This document shows, piece after piece, positions 30,503 through 39,758 of a stretch of 64,000 nucleotides of DNA. The first letter of the stretch is position 1. Every line of letters begins with the position of its first letter. This DNA is from Myxococcota bacterium (GTDB lineage: Bacteria; Myxococcota_A; Polyangia; Nannocystales; Nannocystaceae). The DNA is taken from NCBI GenBank assembly GCA_039028615.1, contig JBCCHT010000045.1, positions 34,158-98,157 of the forward strand. The letters are read 5' to 3'. The position numbers and the translations under genes were made by a program. Below the pieces are notes generated by a model. The model searched no databases. It was not told the DNA's origin and saw only the letters and a list, made by a program, of their open reading frames with translations.

Positions 30503-31810
30503 TCAGAACGCGCCGATGACCGCGACGGAGGCTTCGACCTCGGTGCGCAGGCTCGCCTGAGCTGCGTTGAGGGCATCGAAGGCCACGGTGACCTCGTCGA
30601 CGGCACAGCGGGCGCCGAACGCCGCCTGGATGTTGCCGCTGACGGCGATCTCTTCGACCTGCTCGAGGAGCACGCCGCCCTCGAGGTCGGCCGAGGTGAT
30701 GAGGCCGAGGGCCGAGTCGACCACGATGTCGGCCTTGGCTCGCGCCGCGAGGATGGCCCCGAAGTGGATGCGGAAGTTCTCGAGCCAGGCCCGGAACTCG
30801 GCCTGCGCGGTGGCGTCGCCCGAGACGCCCGCCGCCCACTCGTACTCGAAGGCCAAGGTCGGCGGGGTGCACTCGACCGAGGCGCTCGCCTTGGCGTCGA
30901 CGGTGGCTTCACACTCGGCGCTGACGCTGGGGGGCACGACGGTACCCTCGCAGCTGCCTTCGCACTCGACCGAGCCGCTGGCCGAGGCTTCACAGCTCGC
31001 GCTCGCTCCGGCTTCGCATCCCGCCTCGGGGGCCACGTAGTCGCAGTTGCCCTGGCACTGGAAGTCGCACGACCCGCCCGCGCTCATGTCGACGGCGCAC
31101 TCGCCCTCGCACATGCCGTTGCAGACCCCATCGAAGCCCTCTTGGGTGTTGCCGTCGACGGTGCACGAGCCGCGGCAGGTGCCTTCGCAGCTGGCGGAGG
31201 CGGTCAGCGACGCGACGCACTCGCCCGAGCAGGTGCCCGTGCAGTCGAAGCTCGGGGCGGTGCCCGAACACATCAGCGTCGCCTCGCCTTCACACGACAC
31301 TTCGGCGCCCGCCTCGATCTCGCAGCGACCCTCGCAGGTGGCCGAGACCTCGCCCGCGTTGACCTCTGCGTCGCACTGCGCCGCCGCGGCGACCGAGGCT
31401 TCGACGCTCGCTTGGCACTGCGCGGGCTGGAAGGTCACCTCGAACGAGCCGTCGATGAAACCGCCGACGTGGGCCTGTAGCGCTGCGCTCAGCTCGGCTC
31501 CCGAGGCCCCGGGGGCGAGGCCGACCGAGGCACCGATGGCATCCAGCTCGGCTCGCAGCTCGCCACTGAGGCCGCTCATCGAGGCTTCGAGGTCGATCGC
31601 GGCCCCGAAAAAGGAGTCGATGAATGCGACTCCAGAGATGCTCGCGTTGCCTTCGGCGAAGCCTCCGGCCGTGCAATCGACGTCGAGCCCACACTGCTCC
31701 GCGACTGCGCGTGCAGTGTCGTTGTCGCAACCATTGAGGGCGGAAATCGCCAGGCCGAGCGTCGCACCGAGGCCCAGGCAACCAATGCGGTTGCGATGGT
31801 TTCTATTCAT
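30503..31810 (-). CDS. Cys-rich repeat lipoprotein (C-x-G-x-C-x-G-x-C repeats flanked by helical regions)
   Basis: Lipobox LNGC; CEGRC, CTGTCSGEC, CEGTCRGSC, CNGMCEGEC, CEGSCEG. Confidence 0.85.
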   Translation of the reverse strand: MNRNHRNRIGCLGLGATLGLAISALNGCDNDTARAVAEQCGLDVDCTAGGFAEGNASISGVAFIDSFFGAAIDLEASMSGLSGELRAELDAIGASVGLAPGASGAELSAALQAHVGGFIDGSFEVTFQPAQCQASVEASVAAAAQCDAEVNAGEVSATCEGRCEIEAGAEVSCEGEATLMCSGTAPSFDCTGTCSGECVASLTASASCEGTCRGSCTVDGNTQEGFDGVCNGMCEGECAVDMSAGGSCDFQCQGNCDYVAPEAGCEAGASASCEASASGSVECEGSCEGTVVPPSVSAECEATVDAKASASVECTPPTLAFEYEWAAGVSGDATAQAEFRAWLENFRIHFGAILAARAKADIVVDSALGLITSADLEGGVLLEQVEEIAVSGNIQAAFGARCAVDEVTVAFDALNAAQASLRTEVEASVAVIGAF

Positions 31811-31878
31811 GGGACTTTCCTTCGGGCCGCTTCACTCGAGGCACGGGGACTTTCCCCGGGCCGGAAAGCGGCGTCGTA

Positions 31879-31904
31879 GGTTCGTTCCCACCTCGCTTCG
31901 TTTT
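31879..31904 (-). promoter_or_regulatory. Putative ECF sigma promoter, copy 2 (before Cys-rich lipoprotein)
   Basis: AAAACGAAGCGAGGTGGGAACGAACC; 23/26 identical to 33482-33507; A/T tracts upstream. Confidence 0.65.
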
Positions 31905-32073
31905 TCTCTTCGCGAAGAAAAAAAAGGTGCAGAAAAAATCGACGATGGTCGACGTGGAGCAAGACGGATCGAGGCGCAGCGGACCGAAGCGCGGCCGATC
32001 ATCGGTGGCGCGAAACGATCGCGGCGCCGAGGAAGGTCGGCGCCGCGGGACAGCTCGAGACCGGGGGTTGCGG

Positions 32074-32868
32074 CTACGTGTCGTCGCAGGCGTTGGCGAC
32101 TCGAGCCAGCTGCGACGAGGCCGGGAACTGCTTGCGAAGCAGGGCGGCTTCGCGGCGGCCTCGGTCTCGGTCACCCGCGCGGCACGAGGCTCGCGCGGTC
32201 AGGGCCAGGCGCTCTTCGAGCAGCTGCCCCTTCGGGAATCGGCGCGCGTGCTCGGCCAGCGGGGTCAGGGCTGCCTGCGCGTTGCCGCCGTTGAGCTCGC
32301 GTCGGGCTCGGGCGAGCAGGCGGGCTTCTTCGGCGAGGGTCGAGGCGGCCGCGGCCGGAGCGGCTTCGGGCTGAGGCGCGGCGGTCGGGGAGGTGTCGCT
32401 GGGACGACGCTTGGGGGCCGCCGACGGGGTTTGGAGGGTTGCGGGCGGCTGCACGTGAAGCAGCGGAGGAGGCTCGACCTCCGGGGTTTCGACCGCAGGC
32501 GTCTGTTCGACGACCGCGGGAACGCTCGCCGCGGCCTTGTGCCCGGAGCCTTTGCGCTTTGACTCCGCCGGAGCTTCCGCGGGCGTATCGGCTTCGGCGA
32601 CCACGGTGGCCGGAGTCGCCTGCCCGCCGCCGGACAGCTGCCACGCACCCACCACGGCGGTGCCACCGAGCACGATCGCCAGCAGACCTTTGGTCCACGA
32701 CAGGCTCAGCTTCGAGGTGACGGCCTTGCCCGTGGGCCACGCGGAGACGGGCGCCCCGATGGCGACGCTGCGGGTGACCTGCTTCCAGGTCTTTTTCTTG
32801 GCCCCGGGTGGCGGCGCGAGGCTGTCGCGCTCGCCTTGGACGAGGTCGGAGAGGAAGTCGTGGCTCAT
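32074..32868 (-). CDS. Putative single-TM anti-sigma factor with Pro/Ala linker and C-terminal TPR-like helices
   Basis: ATGA overlap with sigma; TM GLLAIVLGGTAVVGAW; LAEEARLLARARREL...HARRFPKGQLLEER. Confidence 0.8.
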   Translation of the reverse strand: MSHDFLSDLVQGERDSLAPPPGAKKKTWKQVTRSVAIGAPVSAWPTGKAVTSKLSLSWTKGLLAIVLGGTAVVGAWQLSGGGQATPATVVAEADTPAEAPAESKRKGSGHKAAASVPAVVEQTPAVETPEVEPPPLLHVQPPATLQTPSAAPKRRPSDTSPTAAPQPEAAPAAAASTLAEEARLLARARRELNGGNAQAALTPLAEHARRFPKGQLLEERLALTARASCRAGDRDRGRREAALLRKQFPASSQLARVANACDDT

Positions 32869-33464
32869 GCGGACCTCCGTTGGCGGGTCAACGCCGGCTT
32901 GGGCGGTGCATCGCGACCGGTGAGCTCGGCCGCGTGGCGCCGCAGGTGCTCTCGGGCGATGCGAAGCCGAGAGTGCGCGGTGGCGGGCTTGATGCCCAGG
33001 ATCTCCGCCGCTTCGCGCCCGGTGAGCTGCTCGAGCTCCATCAGGATGAACACGTGGCGCTGCTCGTCGTCGAGACGATCGAGCAGCGCGTGCAGGGTCC
33101 GCGCTGCGTCGTGCTGGGTGTGCGCGTCGGACTGCGAGGGCGCGATGACCTCGACCGCGCGCGCCAGCGCATCCCGCCGACGCTGGCGGCGGGCGACGGA
33201 ACGGCGCTGGTGCTTGGCCACCCGGATCGCCACCGCGAACAGCCAGCTGGTGATCGCGGCGCGGCCCTCGAACTCGGATAGGCGCCTGGCCACCACCACG
33301 AAGACGTCGTGGACCGCGTCGTCCACCGCGTCTTCGGGGACGCCGAGCCGCCGGAGGCTGCGCCAGACGAACGCATAGTGCTCGCGATAGGTCGCGGCGA
33401 GATCTGCGTCGATGGCGCGGTTTGGCTCGCGTCGCGCGTCGTCGGGCTGGGATCGAGCAGGCAT
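32865..33464 (-). CDS. ECF RNA polymerase sigma-70 factor
   Basis: YREHYAFVWRSLRRLGV..DDAVHDVF..SWLFAVA (sigma2); LDDEQRHVFILMELEQLTGREAAEILGI..TAHSRLRIAR (sigma4). Confidence 0.93.
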   Translation of the reverse strand: MPARSQPDDARREPNRAIDADLAATYREHYAFVWRSLRRLGVPEDAVDDAVHDVFVVVARRLSEFEGRAAITSWLFAVAIRVAKHQRRSVARRQRRRDALARAVEVIAPSQSDAHTQHDAARTLHALLDRLDDEQRHVFILMELEQLTGREAAEILGIKPATAHSRLRIAREHLRRHAAELTGRDAPPKPALTRQRRSA

Positions 33465-33468
33465 GAGG

Positions 33469-34551
33469 TCAGGGGCGCATCGGTTCGTTCCCACCTGCCT
33501 CCGTTTTCATCACGGTCAGCGGCAAACGGAACTCGAGACCCAACGTAGCGCGAATTCCGATGGGGGAGGGGGCATGGATGAGGCCAATACCCTCGATCTC
33601 GAAGCGGGGCCGGACGAACGAGATGGTCGTGCCGACCGACAGCACCACCGCCAGCCAATCCTGCGGGACCCACGCGATCCCCGGGTTGAGCACCAGCGCC
33701 GTCCAGGTGGCCGGTCGTTCCGCCCCGGCCAAGATGCGTGGGGCCAAGATGATCTGCCCTGTCTCGATTCCACCCAGGAGCGGGAACTCGAAGGGGCCGC
33801 GCCGAAAGACGGGCCCCGCCTCGGCGCCGACCGTCCACATCCATAAAGAAAGGTCTCGGGTAATCGGAGGCACGGAGAAGCCTCGCGTGGCGCCGAAGGT
33901 CGCGGTGATGCCGACCCGCAGCCGGGGCAGTCGCCATGCGACCTTGGCCTGCCCCACCGCGGACGCGCCGCGCAGCGTGGCTCCGAGCACGCCGCCCGAG
34001 GCTCCGAGCACGAACCGCAGGGGGATGCGCTGTCCTGGCTCGGGGTCGGTGGCGGGCTGCACCGGGCCGGGCGACTCGGTGATGAGCTCCGGGTCGTCGT
34101 CCTTCGGTTCGGTGGCCTCGCTCGTGCGGACGACCTGGCTGCCATCGCCGTGCTCGCTGGCCTCGGTGTCCACGGCGGACGTCGTGGGCTCCACGGTGGG
34201 CTCGCTCGCGTCGGGGTCGAGCGTCATCGCGATGAGCAGCGCGGCGGCATCGGAGACGGCGGCGCAGTCGTGCGGGTCGAACAGCGCCCGCTCCGTGCGT
34301 CCCTGGGGCGTCTCGATCGCCAACGCGAGAGACCAGCCGGCCTGCGTATCTCCGGTGATCGTGCCTTGGACCGACCACGGCTGCATGGGCAGCTGGGTCA
34401 ACGGCATGGCCAGGTGCTGCTCGACCTGCGCCGTCACGCGCTGCTCGGTCGGGCACTCGGCCGACGCGCTCCACGAAAAGGGAAGGTCGTCCGAGGCAGG
34501 AGAGGCCCTCGCGGCGAGTAACGCCGCCGCCAGTGCGAGTGTGGGCCCCAT
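33469..34551 (-). CDS. Secreted protein with N-terminal two-Cys domain and probable C-terminal outer-membrane beta-barrel
   Basis: Signal MGPTLALAAALLAA; WSASAECP...DCAAVSDAAALLIAMTLDP; acidic linker; alternating amphipathic strands ending LGLEFRL. Confidence 0.7.
   Translation of the reverse strand: MGPTLALAAALLAARASPASDDLPFSWSASAECPTEQRVTAQVEQHLAMPLTQLPMQPWSVQGTITGDTQAGWSLALAIETPQGRTERALFDPHDCAAVSDAAALLIAMTLDPDASEPTVEPTTSAVDTEASEHGDGSQVVRTSEATEPKDDDPELITESPGPVQPATDPEPGQRIPLRFVLGASGGVLGATLRGASAVGQAKVAWRLPRLRVGITATFGATRGFSVPPITRDLSLWMWTVGAEAGPVFRRGPFEFPLLGGIETGQIILAPRILAGAERPATWTALVLNPGIAWVPQDWLAVVLSVGTTISFVRPRFEIEGIGLIHAPSPIGIRATLGLEFRLPLTVMKTEAGGNEPMRP
33482..33507 (-). promoter_or_regulatory. 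Putative autoregulatory ECF sigma promoter, copy 1
   Basis: AAAACGGAGGCAGGTGGGAACGAACC ends 17 nt before sigma ATG 33464. Confidence 0.65.
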
Positions 34552-35021
34552 CGCCGTAAACTGAGACGCTAACACGAGCCGTTTGTTCGGACGCTTTGCG
34601 ACTCGAAGGGCCCGAGGTCGGCCGGCTCGAGTGCACGTTGGACTGGCATTGAACCAACGCATTGCAAAGTGATGGTTCGCCGGTGCATGGGCACGCGATG
34701 ACCCGGTCACGATGAAAGGTCATGACCGTCCAGCGGTTGTCCTGCGACGACGCTCGATCGATCCATGGCAACGCGGATTGCGGACGGGTCGATCCGAGGT
34801 TTCGATCCTCCGCTCAACGTCGCGGCCGGCCGGTCGTTGTTGTGAGTTCCCTATCAGTGAATCTCTGAGTAGGTAGAGAGCGAACCGTCCCGAGTCAGGA
34901 CACTGTTTTCATGAGAATCACGCGTGATCTTGCTGCTTTCGGATGCCGGTCCGGCTCCTGCATTGGAGATCAATACGCGCGAATTTGGCCTTCTAGACCC
35001 ATCTAGGACGCTTTTTCGACA

Positions 35022-35058
35022 TTGGATCATCTTGAGCTGGGGCTACTATTGCGATAGT
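35022..35058 (+). promoter_or_regulatory. Possible sigma70-like promoter overlapped by a palindromic operator
   Basis: TTGGAT-16-TACTAT; imperfect palindrome ACTATTGCGATAGT 35045-35058 in an AT-richer intergenic region. Confidence 0.3.
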
Positions 35059-35083
35059 TCAGGGATCACCTCTGGGTGAACGG

Positions 35084-36592
35084 ATGTTCATGACTGGCGA
35101 CGACTATCTCGGTGCTCTGCTGACGGACGGCCCTCCCGCTGCCCGTTGCGAACGGCTGCGCTCGTTGCCCTCGGATGACTTCGGCCCCCGAGTGTTGGCC
35201 CGCCTTCGCGACACCGACGAGATCGTCACGCTGCGGGGCATCGCGATCGCGGATGCAGCCTGGAAGCGCACGACGCCTCGGCTGCAGAAGCTGGCCGCCG
35301 TCGAGAACGACAACGCGGCTCGCTTGCTCGCCTACGGTCGGCACGAAGGCCTCGCCTACTTCATCCACGAACACCACCGCGGCCCTCGGCTGACCAGCGT
35401 GCTGCGCAAGCGCGGCGGCACGCTGTCCATCGACACGCTGCTGCCGATCTTCGCTCAGATCCTCCACGCCGTCGCCGATGCGCATCGCGGTGGCGTGGTG
35501 GTGGGCGGCATTCGTCCCCAAGACATTCGCGTGGTGCGAGTCGAGGACGACGAACTCGAGGTTCGTCTGCGCAACTTCGGCTTGGCCGGAGTGCTCGGCG
35601 TCCCGGCGGGTCGAGGTGGCGACCTCGATCATCCTTCCATCTATCGTGCCCCGGAGAGCGACGTCTCGGTCAGCCCCGTCTCCGACGTGTTCTCGCTGGG
35701 CGTGTTGTTCATTCGTCTGCTCACCAGCCCGCTGACGCGGACGGACGACGAAGGTCAGCGCTCGGCCGAGCTCCGGGCGCGCCTGCGGGGGGCCCTCGAA
35801 GACGGCGCGCTGAGCAATGGGCTCGCGGTGCTGATCTCCGAGGCGATCGAGCTCGATCGCGGCATGCGTCCCCATGATGCGGTTCGCCTGCTCGAGCGCC
35901 TGCAAGAGGTCGTGCCCGCGGCGCGACTGCGGGTCGACGCATCGGTGGTGGAGCCCATGGCGGTACCTACGGTGGTCACCGACGACTCCGCCACGCACTG
36001 GCCGGCACGCCAGTGGACGGTGCTCGACGCCTGGGACAAGCCCCAGCCTCATCGCCACACGCCGGTCCAGCCCTCCGCGGTGCTGACCGAGTCGGGCACG
36101 TCCATCGAGCTTCCGCGGGTGGATCGGCCCGTGGCCAAGGGCGGCACCCTGCGCGTGCCTCCGGTGCCGCAGCGACGCTCCATCCTGGGTCGAGCCATGC
36201 GTCGCGTCGCGCTCGGGGTCGGCTTGCTCTCCACCGGCTCGGCGGCGGTGGCCGTCGCAGCCACGGTACGCCCCGACTCGACCGAGCCCGCCACCGAGGC
36301 GCGAAGCGAGGGAGTCGAGGCCGAGGTGTCGGCCGAGGTCGCGCCGCAGCCGAGCACGTTGCTGGTCGAGACCGATCGCCCCGGCACCCTGACCGTCGAC
36401 GGTCGAGTGGTGGGGCCGACGAACGAGGCCATCGAGCTCGGCGCGGGCCTGCACGTGCTTCGCGTCGAATCCGATGGGCACCAGGTCTGGCGCTCGCGCC
36501 TTCGCGTCGAGCCCGGTCGCGCCCACGAGGTCAGGGCCACGCTCGAGCCCGAGGTGATCGCCGACGCTGGTTCGAGGGCTCGCCGAGACTGA
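35084..36592 (+). CDS. Ser/Thr pseudokinase with TM and PEGA domain
   Basis: Keeps YRAPE and SDVFSLG but has GGIRPQDI for HRDLKPEN, NFG for DFG, no Gly loop or VAIK Lys; C-terminal VETDRPGTLTVDG..LGAGLHVLRVE. Confidence 0.8.
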   Translation: MFMTGDDYLGALLTDGPPAARCERLRSLPSDDFGPRVLARLRDTDEIVTLRGIAIADAAWKRTTPRLQKLAAVENDNAARLLAYGRHEGLAYFIHEHHRGPRLTSVLRKRGGTLSIDTLLPIFAQILHAVADAHRGGVVVGGIRPQDIRVVRVEDDELEVRLRNFGLAGVLGVPAGRGGDLDHPSIYRAPESDVSVSPVSDVFSLGVLFIRLLTSPLTRTDDEGQRSAELRARLRGALEDGALSNGLAVLISEAIELDRGMRPHDAVRLLERLQEVVPAARLRVDASVVEPMAVPTVVTDDSATHWPARQWTVLDAWDKPQPHRHTPVQPSAVLTESGTSIELPRVDRPVAKGGTLRVPPVPQRRSILGRAMRRVALGVGLLSTGSAAVAVAATVRPDSTEPATEARSEGVEAEVSAEVAPQPSTLLVETDRPGTLTVDGRVVGPTNEAIELGAGLHVLRVESDGHQVWRSRLRVEPGRAHEVRATLEPEVIADAGSRARRD

Positions 36593-36646
36593 AGCCGTCG
36601 CGTCGGGTGATGCCCTCGGGGCTCGCCGCCCCTCGTGCCGAGCCGT

Positions 36647-37657
36647 TCAGCGGCGTCGTCGGTAGCGACCGGCACCGAGCACGAGCAGGACCCCGAACAA
36701 CGCCGCGCCGTAGGCCGGACGCTGGGGCTCGGAGGCGCAGCCCGACTCGGTGGGCTCGGGCGGCGCTTCGCCGATGACCCCGATGGTGGTCGGCGAGTAG
36801 GCCACGTAGCTGCGCCCGGAGGGGTCGACGATCTCGATGCGAATCTTGATCGAGTCGCCCGTCTCGGCCGGCGCCATGAAGTCGAGGTCGAGCGCGCCCG
36901 ACTCGACGGCTTGGTTGTCGACGAAGGGCACCCAGTCCGGCTCTTGGCCCGTACCCACCGTGGCCCACGAGGCGGTGATGGTGGAGCCCTCGGGTGCTTC
37001 GATGCAGCCATCGAGGGGGAGCGGCTCGGCTCGGTCGGCGAGCAAGCCATCGACGCGCGAGAGGAACACGGTGGGCCCGGCCGAGTCGGGGTCACCCGCG
37101 TCTTCGACTCTCACCGCGCCGAAGCGAGGCGACCAAAGGTTGTTCTCGGGCTCCCAGGTATAGGCGGCCACGACCCAGGTGCCGGGCGAGACGTCGCTGG
37201 TGTCCCACGTGACGCCCATTGCCGCTTGGGCCTGGGTGATGGGCAGGCGCGGGTCGTCGGGCGTGATGCGGACGTGGGTGCCCGCGGGCCACAGGCTGCT
37301 GATGTCGAGGATGTCGTCGTCGTCGTAGGGGACGGTGTTGTCGCCGTTGGCCTCGGCCCGATCGAAGTCGCTCTGGTTGATGTACTTCGGGAACGCGAAG
37401 TCGACGTTGGTCTGCGAGAACGCGAAGAACTGGTGCTTGCGACTGTCGGGCAGCTCCTCCGGGGTGAGCTCGGTGTCGTCGTAGCTCACGTCGTACTCGA
37501 TGAGCACCGGCTCGCCGCGGGTGACCGACTGCACACAGGGGACGCCGCTGTAGATGGCGGGTGTCCGCGGCCGCAGGCCGTTGGCGGCGGAGGCGACCGA
37601 GGGCAGCACCGCGATGGCGGTGGTGGTCGCGAGCAGGAGCGGGAGTCGGCGAACCAT
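36647..37657 (-). CDS. Secreted protein with MYXO-CTERM-like tail
   Basis: Signal peptide ..SVASA; C-terminal SGC...YGAALFGVLLVLGAGRYRRRR. Confidence 0.75.
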   Translation of the reverse strand: MVRRLPLLLATTTAIAVLPSVASAANGLRPRTPAIYSGVPCVQSVTRGEPVLIEYDVSYDDTELTPEELPDSRKHQFFAFSQTNVDFAFPKYINQSDFDRAEANGDNTVPYDDDDILDISSLWPAGTHVRITPDDPRLPITQAQAAMGVTWDTSDVSPGTWVVAAYTWEPENNLWSPRFGAVRVEDAGDPDSAGPTVFLSRVDGLLADRAEPLPLDGCIEAPEGSTITASWATVGTGQEPDWVPFVDNQAVESGALDLDFMAPAETGDSIKIRIEIVDPSGRSYVAYSPTTIGVIGEAPPEPTESGCASEPQRPAYGAALFGVLLVLGAGRYRRRR

Positions 37658-37785
37658 CGACCTACAGTATAGCGCTGGCCATGCGGCGGCGAGACCGGGT
37701 GTGGGGTGCCCATCGTCGCGACTTGGGCTAAGTTCCAGGGACCTCGATGGCTGGACTCAGGACGGACTCGGTGATCTCACGTTCC

Positions 37786-38220
37786 ATGATCTCGACGCTC
37801 ATCGCCATGGTCGTGGGGGGATTGCCTGCGTGCGGTGGGGACGACACGGACGACGGTGCGGCCCCGAGCAACTGCGTCGAGCGCGACGCCACGGCCTGCA
37901 CTCCGCTGTACGAGCCGACCTGGGATCGGGTGTTCTCCGAGACCCTGCAGCCTTCGTGTGGCGTGCCCGGAGGGGCATGCCACGGCGATTCTACGGCGAT
38001 TGGGGCCTCGGGCGGCTTCCTCATCACCGACATGGACGCGACCCACGACATGCTGCTGAACGGCGGCTGGGTCGAGGCTGGCGACGAGCAGTGCAGCCCG
38101 CTCATGTTCCGACTCGATACCGACGAGACCTCGTTGCTGATGCCGCCGGGCTCCCAGCCCTTGGATGAGAACGAGCGGTGCTCGGTGGCGCAGTGGATCG
38201 CTCAAGGAGCCAATCGGTGA
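37786..38220 (+). CDS. Small lipoprotein, probable monoheme cytochrome with atypical CX6CH motif
   Basis: Lipobox LPAC; CGVPGGACH; LMPPG axial-Met-like motif; WIAQGA end. Confidence 0.65.
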   Translation: MISTLIAMVVGGLPACGGDDTDDGAAPSNCVERDATACTPLYEPTWDRVFSETLQPSCGVPGGACHGDSTAIGASGGFLITDMDATHDMLLNGGWVEAGDEQCSPLMFRLDTDETSLLMPPGSQPLDENERCSVAQWIAQGANR

Positions 38221-39683
38221 GGTCGGCGTACTCGGCCGCAGGCCTGTGGCTCGTGGTCGCTGCGACCGGATGTCGCAGCCCCGAGCCCGAGCCCTCCATC
38301 ACGGTCGACGATCGGCTCATCGATCCCGAGACGTGCGAGGAGTGTCACCCCACGCACTTCCGCGAGTGGCAAGGCAGCATGCATGCCTACGCCGCCGAGG
38401 ACCCGGTATTCTTGGCGATGAACGCGCGAGGGCAGCGCGAGACGAACGGAGAGCTCGGGGACTTTTGCGTGCGGTGCCATGCACCGATGGCGGTCGAGCT
38501 GGGGCTCACCACCGATGGGCTCAACCTGCCCGAGCTGCCCCAGAAGGTCCGCGGCGTGACGTGCTTCTTCTGCCACACCGCCGAGGCGGTCGAGGGCACG
38601 CACAACAACCCGCTGCGCCTCAGCGGCACCCGCACCATGCTGGGGGCCATCGCCGATCCGGTGGCCAACAGCGCCCATCCGTCCGCGTACTCGGCTCTGC
38701 TCGACTCGTCGACCACGGCCTCGGCCGACATGTGCGGGACCTGCCACGACGTAGTGACCCCGGCCGGGGTGCACCTCGAGCGGACCTTCGCCGAGTGGCA
38801 AGAGACCTTCTTCGCCGACGTCGATCCCATCACGGGGGGCCCCGCCGTCTACGGGCTGCGCTGCAACAACTGCCACATGGGCCCGCCCGAGATGGGGACC
38901 ATCGCCGACTCGCCCGGGGTCCGTGCCGATCGCTTCCGCCACCCGCACGGCATGGCGGCCGTCGATGTGGCCCTGCACGACTGGCCCAGCGCCGAGCTGG
39001 GTCCGCAGCTGCGGGGGGAGCAGCTCGAGCAGATCGAGTTCCAGCGCAAGTCGGCCCTGTGCGCCACCGTCTGCGTCAACCCCAACGACGCGGGCGGCTC
39101 GGACATCGACATCTACCTGCACAACGAGTTCTCGGCGCATGCGTGGCCCAGCGGCGCCACCCAAGATCGCCGCACCTGGCTCGAGCTGCAGGCCTTCGTC
39201 GGTGACGAGGCGGTGCTCCAGGTGGGCATGATCGAAGACGGGGAGCCCGTCGCGTCGGTCGACGACCCCCTGCTGTGGCAGTTCCGCGATTTCATGTACG
39301 GGGCCGATGGGCAGGAGGTCCACATGTTCTGGGACGCGCGCAGCGTCGACGGCAACCTGCTGCCCGCGTCCGAGGTGCTCAGCCCCGAGGGCGACGCCTC
39401 CACCTGGCGATCGCGGCGCTACACCGTGCCCGAGTCGGACATCGACCGCGTCAACACCCGCCTGCGGCTGCGCCCGATGGGGCTCGACGTGCTCGACGAT
39501 CTGGTGGCCAGCGGGGACCTCGATCCCTCGGTCCGCGATGCCATGAGCACCTTCGACGTCGCGCCCACCGTGCTCGAGTGGACGCTCGAAGAGGCCGGCG
39601 AGCCCCAAGACGACTACGGCCTGTGCGTCAGCAGCAGCAACGTCTGCGGGGCGCCCATCGTCGGGGCCGATCCGCCGTCCTGA
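38217..39683 (+). CDS. Pentaheme c-type cytochrome (c554/c552-like) lipoprotein
   Basis: CEECH, CVRCH, CFFCH, CGTCH, CNNCH; WQGSMHAYAAEDPVF; GTGA overlap with upstream gene. Confidence 0.9.
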   Translation: MRSAYSAAGLWLVVAATGCRSPEPEPSITVDDRLIDPETCEECHPTHFREWQGSMHAYAAEDPVFLAMNARGQRETNGELGDFCVRCHAPMAVELGLTTDGLNLPELPQKVRGVTCFFCHTAEAVEGTHNNPLRLSGTRTMLGAIADPVANSAHPSAYSALLDSSTTASADMCGTCHDVVTPAGVHLERTFAEWQETFFADVDPITGGPAVYGLRCNNCHMGPPEMGTIADSPGVRADRFRHPHGMAAVDVALHDWPSAELGPQLRGEQLEQIEFQRKSALCATVCVNPNDAGGSDIDIYLHNEFSAHAWPSGATQDRRTWLELQAFVGDEAVLQVGMIEDGEPVASVDDPLLWQFRDFMYGADGQEVHMFWDARSVDGNLLPASEVLSPEGDASTWRSRRYTVPESDIDRVNTRLRLRPMGLDVLDDLVASGDLDPSVRDAMSTFDVAPTVLEWTLEEAGEPQDDYGLCVSSSNVCGAPIVGADPPS

Positions 39684-39701
39684 GCTCGCGCAAAACCACG
39701 C

Positions 39702-39734
39702 AAAAGGGCGGCCCGCGTACGGTGCCGCCCTTTG
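39702..39734. terminator. Bidirectional intrinsic terminator
   Basis: AAAAGGGCGGC...GCCGCCCTTTG between convergent genes. Confidence 0.75.
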
Positions 39735-39758
39735 TGTTGGCCGTGGGCCGAGCGCTCG

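Noticed and set aside
34847..34878. TCCCTATCAGTGA...TAGAGA resembling the tetO operator
   Set aside because: Split by 13 extra bases, and no tetR/tetA or vector sequence nearby; treated as coincidence
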